Positions 56,921-64,000 of a DNA stretch of 64,000 nucleotides are shown here, piece after piece (position 1 is the stretch's first letter; each line of letters begins with the position of its first letter). The stretch is taken from IMG/VR virus record IMGVR_UViG_3300023184_000025, positions 186,001 to 250,000 of that record. One strand, written 5' to 3'. The position numbers and the translations under genes were made by a program. Below the pieces are notes generated by a model. It did not search any database, was not told the DNA's origin, and saw only the letters and a program-made list of their open reading frames with translations.

Positions 56921-58351
56921 ATGGCATATACAATCAATTTAACTGATGGATCAATCTTTGCAACAATTGCAGATGGTACCATCAATACTAGTTCTAGCAT
57001 GACCCTAGTGGGTAAAAACTACGCTGGTTACGGTGAGTTTTTAGACGAAAACTTTGTACACTTGTTAGAAAATGGAGCAAATACTGTTGCACCTGGTGCA
57101 CCTTTAACTGGACAACTTTGGTGGGATAAAACTACTGCCACAATGAAAGTGTACAACGGTACAACATTCAAAGTTATTTCGGCTTCAACTGCAAGTTCTA
57201 CAGCACCAACTAGTAACGTAGCTGGAGATTTATGGTTTGACACAGTAAATCAACAACTCAAAGCCTACAACGGTAGCGCCTTTATTTTAATTGGTCCAGC
57301 ATCAACTGCTGGGCAAGGAACGTCAGGAGCTGTGGTCGAAACAGTAACAGATAACGTTTCAATAGACCACGTGGTTGTTAAACTATACGTTGAAGATACT
57401 GTGGTTGGTATTGTTTCAAAAGATGCAACATTCACTCCACAAGTTGCAATCACTGGATTCAGCACAGTTGGCCCAGGCATACAACTAAGCACCACTGTTT
57501 CAAGTGCATTGTTCCGTGGAAGTGCTACTAATGCACAAACACTAGATGGGCTTGACAGCACAGACTTTTTAAGTGCCGTCAGCAATGATACAACTTCAGG
57601 AACACTGGGCATCTTAAATGACACAGGATTAACTGTTGGCGCTGATCAGGATGCAAAACTTTCTGTAACAACAGCCACTTCAGAAGTTGTTCTTCAAAAT
57701 CAAACACAAGATGCCAACCTAACACTCAAAGTCAATGACGGCGGTGTAGTAACCACAGTTCTGGCAGTAAACGGTGCAACGTCAGCTGTGTCTATTCCAA
57801 CTACTCTTGCAGTAACAGGTAATGTCACTGGTGGAAACCTAAGTGTAACCACTGGTTCTGTGACACTTGGTAGCATTGTAAATGCTGCCGGCAACGGTGT
57901 TGGTAACATTGGTTCAACCAGTGGTTACTTTAATACTGTATTTGCCAAGGCAACTTCAGCTCAATATGCCGACGTTGCTGAACGTTTTGCGTCAGACACT
58001 ACCTATCCAGCTGGAACAGTTGTTGAGCTTGGCGGCATTGCCGAAATCACTGTTTCTCTTACTGAATTGTCAGAAAATGTGTTTGGCGTTATAAGTACAC
58101 AAGCAGCCTATCTAATGAATTCGGCTGCTGGAACAGACGAAACACATCCACCAATTGCAATGACAGGTAGAGTTCCGGTTCGTGTGGTTGGTATGGTTCG
58201 TAAAGGCGACAGATTAGTTTCAGCAGGTTTTGGGTCGGCTCGTTCAGCCAAACCTGGAGAAGCTTCGGCATTTAATGTCATCGGTCGTTCTTTAGAAGAC
58301 AAATTAGACATCAACGAAGGCACAGTAGAAGCCATTGTTGCAACCAAATAA
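56921..58351 (+). CDS. Tail fibre protein with a C-terminal intramolecular-chaperone (peptidase G2-like) domain
   Basis: LVGKNYAGYG...ENFVHLLEN...GQLWWD N-terminus; C-terminal YADVAERF...GTVV...IAMTGRVPVRV...KGDRLVS. Confidence 0.7.
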   Translation: MAYTINLTDGSIFATIADGTINTSSSMTLVGKNYAGYGEFLDENFVHLLENGANTVAPGAPLTGQLWWDKTTATMKVYNGTTFKVISASTASSTAPTSNVAGDLWFDTVNQQLKAYNGSAFILIGPASTAGQGTSGAVVETVTDNVSIDHVVVKLYVEDTVVGIVSKDATFTPQVAITGFSTVGPGIQLSTTVSSALFRGSATNAQTLDGLDSTDFLSAVSNDTTSGTLGILNDTGLTVGADQDAKLSVTTATSEVVLQNQTQDANLTLKVNDGGVVTTVLAVNGATSAVSIPTTLAVTGNVTGGNLSVTTGSVTLGSIVNAAGNGVGNIGSTSGYFNTVFAKATSAQYADVAERFASDTTYPAGTVVELGGIAEITVSLTELSENVFGVISTQAAYLMNSAAGTDETHPPIAMTGRVPVRVVGMVRKGDRLVSAGFGSARSAKPGEASAFNVIGRSLEDKLDINEGTVEAIVATK

Positions 58352-58372
58352 AAATAACTAGGACAACAGAAA

Positions 58373-59359
58373 ATGACGTACTCATCAGGTCAACTAATTC
58401 AAGCAACCGATTATAACGGTTTTGTTAGCACCACAGCAGGTGCCAACGTTAACGATCTTTGGGCGGCAGGGTCAACTGACAAGGGATACGGTCAGAGTTC
58501 TTTGTCAACAGTGAGCGCCCTTGGAACAGTCACAGCTACTCAGTGGGCAACACTGGTCAACACCATATCAAGTATGGCTAGCCACACGGGCACAGGAATT
58601 ACATCAAGATCAGCCCCTACTGCTGGTAATACAATTAACATCTTATCAAATTTAAACACAGATTTGACCAACTTGACCACCAACAGAGGTAATGCAGTTG
58701 GCAGTGGAACTCAGTATACTGCCTGGACAGGCACAAGTGCAAAAACTTCAGGAACTGGTTCGGGTGCGTCTGCTTGGACAATCACATTTACACATACTGT
58801 TCAATTTGCATCAGCAGATGCCGCACGTTACTTTTGGAATGCAGGCGGCCTAGTCAAATGGCAAGTTGGCAAGTCATCAACTGGCACAGTAGCCGATACT
58901 GAATGGAATGACTTGGCCAGCACATTGACTGGTAGCATCTTTATCTCTGGACGAGTCAACAGCACCTCACAGACCATTAATGGTACAAGTTATACTGGCA
59001 CCACAAAATCAGGTGGATCAGGATCACCCAACGTGTTAGCAACCACCACTGGATGGTATCAATTATCAACCGGCGATACCACAATATACAGACAGTATGC
59101 TGATACTGCACCGTATACCAATCAATACATTCAGCTCAATGCTAGAACAGCTGGATCAGGAACACAGTTGGTATTAACAACAACCTGGGTTGATCCAGGC
59201 AGTGGTTTTGGACCTGATAACATCAGTGGCGGGTCAGACAGCTCTGGTGTATCTTTTGGCTCTGCTCCAGCTACACTTGTATCATATATTCCACCATCAA
59301 CAACCTATCTTACTTCAGCCTCCTGGGGAACCCCAACTGTGGCTGCCACAGTATCTTAA
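58373..59359 (+). CDS. S/T/G-rich virion structural (fibre-associated) protein
   Basis: YSSGQLIQATDYN, VTATQWATL and ARYFWNAGG motifs; followed by a terminator. Confidence 0.65.
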   Translation: MTYSSGQLIQATDYNGFVSTTAGANVNDLWAAGSTDKGYGQSSLSTVSALGTVTATQWATLVNTISSMASHTGTGITSRSAPTAGNTINILSNLNTDLTNLTTNRGNAVGSGTQYTAWTGTSAKTSGTGSGASAWTITFTHTVQFASADAARYFWNAGGLVKWQVGKSSTGTVADTEWNDLASTLTGSIFISGRVNSTSQTINGTSYTGTTKSGGSGSPNVLATTTGWYQLSTGDTTIYRQYADTAPYTNQYIQLNARTAGSGTQLVLTTTWVDPGSGFGPDNISGGSDSSGVSFGSAPATLVSYIPPSTTYLTSASWGTPTVAATVS

Positions 59360-59377
59360 TATTGTAACGATCTTACC

Positions 59378-59407
59378 AAAAGGGCCTCCGGGCCCTTTAC
59401 TTTTTTC
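59378..59407 (+). terminator. Rho-independent terminator closing the tail operon
   Basis: AAAGGGCC-TCC-GGGCCCTTT followed by ACTTTTTT. Confidence 0.75.
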
Positions 59408-59424
59408 AATATATCCTGTATAAT
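59396..59424 (+). promoter_or_regulatory. Sigma70-like promoter for the glycosyltransferase cluster
   Basis: TTTACT (59396-59401), 17-nt spacer, TATAAT (59419-59424). Confidence 0.5.
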
Positions 59425-59431
59425 TGACTGT

Positions 59432-59740
59432 ATGAATAATGACAACTTGATTGCACATTCACGTGCTCGCTTTGACCATGCAGCCGCAAAACGTATCCTT
59501 AAAGAAAAGTACCAGAGCAAAATGATATTTGCCTATAACGGTGGAATGTGGCAAGCAGGTCCTGAGCTATTGACATTGATACATGCCTGCCCAGTCGACG
59601 ATGATATTGTAATTTTAGATTTATATGGTAATCCTGTAAAAATTAACCCAACAGAATTACAACACTTGGCTCTTGGTCGTTGGCAAGAACAAATGAATGC
59701 ATGGTTGATTGAGCATGAAGAATTAGGCAAAAAAAGATGA
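59432..59740 (+). CDS. Hypothetical protein
   Basis: 102 aa, coupled to the downstream GT-like gene; AYNGGMW...ILDLYGNPVKI. Confidence 0.65.
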   Translation: MNNDNLIAHSRARFDHAAAKRILKEKYQSKMIFAYNGGMWQAGPELLTLIHACPVDDDIVILDLYGNPVKINPTELQHLALGRWQEQMNAWLIEHEELGKKR

Positions 59741-60543
59741 CAACCGGGGCGTTGATATTTGCATTCAACAACAGCGATATTGATTATCTTGCTCTGGCAG
59801 CCTGGTCAGCTGACAATATAAAACGTCACCTGGGTATTCCTGTGGCAGTAGTAACTGATGTTTTAGAATCAGACCATCTTGACAAATTTGATCATGTGAT
59901 CACTGCATCAACTGATGCTGGCGGCCATCGTTTCTTTGATGATATTGGCAAGTCTGTGCCCTGGTTTAATTCTAATAGAACTGATGCATACAGCCTAAGC
60001 CCTTGGGATAACACATTGGTACTTGATGCCGATTATGTAGTAGCTAGTAATCAATTAAAATGTGTATTAAATACAACTCAAAACTTTTTATGTCATCGTT
60101 GGTCATACGATCTTACAGGCACACAAGACTTTGAAGATTTAAATTACTTTGGTCGATACAAAATGCCCATGTGGTGGGCCACAGTGATGTATTTTAAACG
60201 CGGCCAAGAATCACAGTTGATTTTTGAATCAATGACAATGATTAAACAAAATTGGCAACATTATAAAAATATCTATGGAACAGGTAGGTCTGTTTATCGT
60301 AACGACCATGCACTAAGTATTTCTCTTTGCATGTTAAATGGACACACAATCGATCATTCAACCATTCCTTGGAGTTTGGCCAGCGTGACGCCTTCGCACA
60401 AACTGTCAGAGATTGGTCGAGACTATTATAAGATTGATTTTAAAAACAGTGAGGGGAAACCTCGTTGGGTGGATATTAAAAACTGTGATTTTCATGCCAT
60501 GGGTAAACAACAACTGGGAGTTATTGTTGCCAATCCTTGCTGA
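59737..60543 (+). CDS. GT-A fold glycosyltransferase-like protein
   Basis: VAVVTD, SPWDNTLVLDADY (DxD), WATVMYF and RNDHALS motifs. Confidence 0.65.
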   Translation: MTTGALIFAFNNSDIDYLALAAWSADNIKRHLGIPVAVVTDVLESDHLDKFDHVITASTDAGGHRFFDDIGKSVPWFNSNRTDAYSLSPWDNTLVLDADYVVASNQLKCVLNTTQNFLCHRWSYDLTGTQDFEDLNYFGRYKMPMWWATVMYFKRGQESQLIFESMTMIKQNWQHYKNIYGTGRSVYRNDHALSISLCMLNGHTIDHSTIPWSLASVTPSHKLSEIGRDYYKIDFKNSEGKPRWVDIKNCDFHAMGKQQLGVIVANPC

Positions 60544-61306
60544 ACGTGGTTATCTTATTCCGGCAATTGACACTGACTCTGTTGACTATTTGAGTTGTGC
60601 TGTACAACTTGCTAGATCTATTCGCCAGTGGCATCCAGATGCCAATATATCTGTGCTGTCAGTAAAACGATGTAGTGACCCTGTGTTTGATCATGTGATT
60701 CCGTTGCCACATGGTGACCTAGGAGGATATGCCAACGACTGGCAAGTATTTGCCGCTAGCCCTTATAGACAAACTATTAAACTAGAAGCAGACATGATTG
60801 CCGCCAGCCCAATTGACCATTGGTGGACCTTGTTTGAACACCAAGATGTAGCAATTAGTCAAGGCTGTAGAGATTTTTACGGACAGATAAGTAAGTCAAG
60901 ATATTACAGAAAAGTTTTTGATTCTAACAACTTACCTGATGTTTACAATGCTATAACTTACTGGCGTGTAAGCCAAACAGCCAGAGAATTTTTTGATTTA
61001 GTAAGGGCAATATTTTCTGACTGGGATTCCTTTAAAAAATTATTGAAATTCCCTGATACTACCCCCACAACTGATTTAGTATATGCTATGGCCGCCAAAA
61101 TAGTTGGTATTGAGCATTGTACACTACCAATAAACTTTGGTCCTAAAATTGTTCATATGAAGCGTTACATCATACCCACGCATACCAGTGATTGGAGCAA
61201 AGAATTAATCTGGGAAAATGCCAATCCAGGACTAAGGATACATACAATTACACAAAGTGGATTTTTTCATTATCACATAAAAGATTGGGTCACAGCCGTT
61301 GAATGA
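60527..61306 (+). CDS. Second GT-A-like paralogue
   Basis: TTG start at 60527 after GGAG; SPYRQTIKLEADM (ExD), PDVYNAITYW, TTDLVYA and VHMK motifs. Confidence 0.6.
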   Translation: MPILAERGYLIPAIDTDSVDYLSCAVQLARSIRQWHPDANISVLSVKRCSDPVFDHVIPLPHGDLGGYANDWQVFAASPYRQTIKLEADMIAASPIDHWWTLFEHQDVAISQGCRDFYGQISKSRYYRKVFDSNNLPDVYNAITYWRVSQTAREFFDLVRAIFSDWDSFKKLLKFPDTTPTTDLVYAMAAKIVGIEHCTLPINFGPKIVHMKRYIIPTHTSDWSKELIWENANPGLRIHTITQSGFFHYHIKDWVTAVE

Positions 61307-61646
61307 AACTACAGAAAATTTTTGGAAAGCATTCAATGAATGGGATCCACCGCCACCAAAACCAATATTTCATCGGTTATATCATGATGATGCAGGTCTT
61401 CCTTTATTTTATAGCATGGAGGATGTGCCAGGTAATTATATTGAAATTGACAGAGAAACATTTTCCTCGTTGCCAAGTAATGTTCGAGTAGTCGACAATA
61501 AATTAACCTACATAAAACACACTATCACTAATAAATTGGTTCCTGGAGACACAGGAACACCCTGTGATCCTAGAGATATCTGTGTTGTTGTAGATAATTC
61601 TATACCTAATATAAAATGGAGTTTAAGAACCAATGAAACAAGTTGA
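61299..61646 (+). CDS. Hypothetical protein
   Basis: 115 aa, overlaps both neighbours in the GT cluster. Confidence 0.6.
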   Translation: MNETTENFWKAFNEWDPPPPKPIFHRLYHDDAGLPLFYSMEDVPGNYIEIDRETFSSLPSNVRVVDNKLTYIKHTITNKLVPGDTGTPCDPRDICVVVDNSIPNIKWSLRTNETS

Positions 61647-62559
61647 TATTGCTGATCTTGATGTGATTTACCTCAGCTATGATGAGCCACTCAAAGAAGA
61701 ATTCTGGGTTAAGATTAAGAACATGGTTCCTTGGGCAAAACGTGTTGATGGGGTCAACGGTTCGGATGCCGCACACAAAGCCGCCGGCGACGCCAGCGAA
61801 ACAGAACGATTTATTTTGATCGACGGCGACAATTTACCCGATTCAAGATTTTTTAATCTAACATTAGATTTAAAAGATTGCAATGAACCTAATTCAGTGT
61901 TTCGTTGGAGAGCACGTAATCATATCAACGGATTAATGTACGGCAATGGCGGATTAAGTTCCTGGACTCGAGAATTTGTGTGGAATATGAAAACTCACGA
62001 AAACACTGATGGTCGAGATGAGAGTCTTGTTGAGTTTTGCTTTGAACCCAATTATTTTGCCATGTACGATTGTTACAGTACCACCTATCCAAACGGAACG
62101 TCGTTTCAGGCCTGGCGAGCAGGATTTAGAGAAGGCGTCAAGATGTGCCTGGACAAAGGTCATAAACCATCAGTGGCTGAATTTAGAGATCGTGTACATA
62201 AACGTAATTTTGATCATCTTACAATTTGGCATAATGTAGGAACCGATGCTGAAAACGGCGCCTGGGCCATTGCTGGCAGTAGAATGGGTACTTACATGAC
62301 TATGCTAACTGATTGGGATTATCGGCTAGTTCAAAATTTTGATGCGTTAGCAACCTTGTGGGATACTGTTAAAGACCACACTCCGGAAATTGTGTTTGAT
62401 AGAATTGCCAACGAATTAAATCAACAATTAGATTTACCTGTTATTGTTTTGGGTCGAGAAGAAAGTGAATTTTTTAAACATCATTACCTAAGCAATTGGC
62501 ACAATCGCGGCGTTATGGTACGAGAAATTGATGTTATTCGAAGTCAAGAAGGCTGGTAA
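61633..62559 (+). CDS. Glycosyltransferase-like protein
   Basis: DVIYLSYDEP, GSDAAHKAA, ILIDGDN (DxD), NGLMYGNGG and QAWRAGFREGVKM motifs. Confidence 0.6.
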   Translation: MKQVDIADLDVIYLSYDEPLKEEFWVKIKNMVPWAKRVDGVNGSDAAHKAAGDASETERFILIDGDNLPDSRFFNLTLDLKDCNEPNSVFRWRARNHINGLMYGNGGLSSWTREFVWNMKTHENTDGRDESLVEFCFEPNYFAMYDCYSTTYPNGTSFQAWRAGFREGVKMCLDKGHKPSVAEFRDRVHKRNFDHLTIWHNVGTDAENGAWAIAGSRMGTYMTMLTDWDYRLVQNFDALATLWDTVKDHTPEIVFDRIANELNQQLDLPVIVLGREESEFFKHHYLSNWHNRGVMVREIDVIRSQEGW

Positions 62560-63244
62560 TAGCGTTGGCCAGGTCTTGATGTGCTTGCGGCCCGTAGTGA
62601 AAGTTATCTCTTGCTTTATCTGATTGAGTTAATGGCGGGATTACATTATCTCCTAATACATCGTAGTCAACTGCCTGGTCATGCCAATTTGGGATGAAGC
62701 TATGTACTAATTTGATATTTTTAGCTAACAAACATATTTTTTTAAAATTTGTAAACCAATTACTAAAGTTTTCTTCTGAAGAATAAAATGGCTCGCACTC
62801 TGTCCGTTCGTCATCAAACCAGGCAGATTCAGGTCGCTCTCTGCGATGACTAAATGTATAATGTACAATTATAGCACTAGGGTGAAACAATGTTAGTAAC
62901 TGTTGAAGTTTTCTTGCAATCCAGTCATTACTTGCTCCGTTTAAGCTAAAATTTAAAACTTGATGTGATAGATGTTGCTCAATGAGATCAGCATACCGTT
63001 TGTTATTATTAACACCTAGTCCTAGAGTAAAACTATCACCTAGTACCAGTATTGCATTAGGATTAAAGGTTGAAACATTGTGTGTTCTAAATCCTATTTC
63101 GTTAAATTGATAAGTTACAGATGGATGTTGCTTGAATACTTGACGATTTGGGCAATGTTCTAAACTGTCTAATCCTAGCTCTGTAGCATGCATGCCAGTA
63201 TAAAAAGGAATATTGATATATTGTTTGACAAGATCTGCATACAT
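62534..63244 (-). CDS. SGNH/GDSL hydrolase-like protein
   Basis: YQFNEIGFR, VLGDSFTLG, NFSLNGASND and C-terminal RDNFHYG (DxxH); ATG 63244 preferred over TTG 63259. Confidence 0.65.
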   Translation of the reverse strand: MYADLVKQYINIPFYTGMHATELGLDSLEHCPNRQVFKQHPSVTYQFNEIGFRTHNVSTFNPNAILVLGDSFTLGLGVNNNKRYADLIEQHLSHQVLNFSLNGASNDWIARKLQQLLTLFHPSAIIVHYTFSHRRERPESAWFDDERTECEPFYSSEENFSNWFTNFKKICLLAKNIKLVHSFIPNWHDQAVDYDVLGDNVIPPLTQSDKARDNFHYGPQAHQDLANAITSLLDFE

Positions 63245-63258
63245 AAATATTTTTCTCA

Positions 63259-64000
63259 ATGAACGTTCTAATACTTACCCCCGATCGAGTAGGCTCTACT
63301 TTATTACAAAGATTGATAACAATCTACGCTAATGTCAATGAAAATTATGAGCCATTGACTATTAATTTACATGAGTTAACTAATGGCTTAGTGAGATACG
63401 ACCATGAAACATTTAATAGAAAAGTACTGGGCAAAAAAGCTGATGGTTGGGGATACCATCAAACTCTGCAGACTATTTCAGGATTAATTGACAATTGCGG
63501 CCATGATGTAGTAAGCCGTTTAGCTCACTATCATTTAAAAAATCGTAAAGATAACACAAGTGATCAATTGGCATTTTACAAATATCTCAATGAAAATTTT
63601 TATATTATTGCGGCCCGTCGAGAAAATTTATTTGAGCATGCAATGAGCTGGTGCATTGCGGTTGAGTCTAAAAAATTAAATGTATACTCGTTTGATGAAA
63701 AGTTTAAGACCTACAATGATATATTAAAAAATCCAGTTACCGTACAGGCTGAAATGATCAAGAAGTACCTAACACAGTACAGAGAATACATGGACTGGGT
63801 AGACAACCATTTTCAAGTCAACAGTTATTTTGAGTACGAACGTAATTTACCCAATATTGAAGAGTACATATTTAATTTAAGAGTTTTTCAAAAATATACA
63901 AAACCTCTTACCTGGGCCGACCGTTGGGACATATCCTGGAAGGATTGGAATCAAATGCATTACCTGTTAAGCTTAGTGCCGTTTGATCATAAATTTTCTC
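63259..64000 (+). CDS. P-loop sulfotransferase-like protein, partial (runs off the window end; absent from the ORF track)
   Basis: MNVLILTPDRVGSTLLQRL... (5'-PSB-like RxGSTLL) and IIAARRENLFEHAMSW (3'-PB-like R...S); TAAATA at 63244-63249. Confidence 0.6.
   Translation, partial: MNVLILTPDRVGSTLLQRLITIYANVNENYEPLTINLHELTNGLVRYDHETFNRKVLGKKADGWGYHQTLQTISGLIDNCGHDVVSRLAHYHLKNRKDNTSDQLAFYKYLNENFYIIAARRENLFEHAMSWCIAVESKKLNVYSFDEKFKTYNDILKNPVTVQAEMIKKYLTQYREYMDWVDNHFQVNSYFEYERNLPNIEEYIFNLRVFQKYTKPLTWADRWDISWKDWNQMHYLLSLVPFDHKFS

Larger units (their letters stand above)
1..64000. mobile_element. Segment of a large T4-like myovirus (bacteriophage) genome
   Basis: Portal, prohead protease, scaffold, major capsid, gp46/gp47, gp55 sigma and gp5/gp6/gp25/gp53 baseplate homologues; tight gene packing with TAATG/ATGA overlaps; TAAATA late-promoter boxes; no host housekeeping genes or integrase. 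Confidence 0.96.

Noticed and set aside
56921-59359. Diversity-generating retroelement target or invertible fibre cassette
   Set aside because: No reverse transcriptase, invertase, template/variable repeat pair or inverted repeats seen in the window
60413-60526. Long N-terminal extension of the second GT-like ORF
   Set aside because: Overlaps the upstream gene by 130 nt; GGAG followed by TTG at 60527 is a better start
324-62239. Many short overlapping or antisense ORFs in the track (e.g. 324-587, 10410-10823, 14398-14802, 35629-36066, 37206-37703, 57265-57624)
   Set aside because: They are shadows of long, motif-supported genes and lack an RBS or recognisable motifs
1-64000. Genome-wide stop-codon reassignment
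   Set aside because: TAA, TAG and TGA all end well-defined genes, often in TAATG/ATGA overlaps; only one interrupted gene was seen
1-64000. Prophage within a bacterial chromosome
   Set aside because: No integrase, att site or host flank; the bacterial-like genes (TctC, radical SAM, amidinotransferases) are embedded in and coupled to phage operons

Overview
The whole 64 kb window is a gene-dense, AT-rich segment of a large T4-like (gp20/21/22/23/46/47/55-type) myovirus, probably lytic. It has no integrase, tRNA, rRNA or CRISPR array. A TctC/Bug gene suggests a Betaproteobacterial host (inference). Layout: 1-6 kb minus-strand virion/fibre genes; 7.2-13.1 kb head module (major capsid protein, scaffold, protease, core proteins, portal); 13.2-17.8 kb tape-measure-like gene divergent from a gp26-like chaperone pair; 17.8-21.2 kb a coupled five-gene operon (DUF1415-like, two amidinotransferases, an ATE/Bpt-like aminoacyl-tRNA transferase, a DUF6614-like barrel); 21.2-22.1 kb a ~450 nt structured non-coding region directly downstream of a minimal GIY-YIG gene; 22-30.5 kb B12-radical SAM, gp46, TctC, AMP-ligase, gp47 and late sigma gp55; 30.6-59.4 kb baseplate/tail genes including a 4760-aa protein; 59.4-64 kb glycosyltransferase-, SGNH- and sulfotransferase-like genes. 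Main candidates for something new: (1) an ornate minus-strand ncRNA attached to a stand-alone GIY-YIG nuclease, (2) the arginine-chemistry operon, (3) a -1 frameshift site joining the gp26-like gene to the next ORF, (4) an in-frame TAA in the major capsid gene. All protein calls come from motif recognition by eye and all RNA stems from manual pairing; no searches or folding programs were run.
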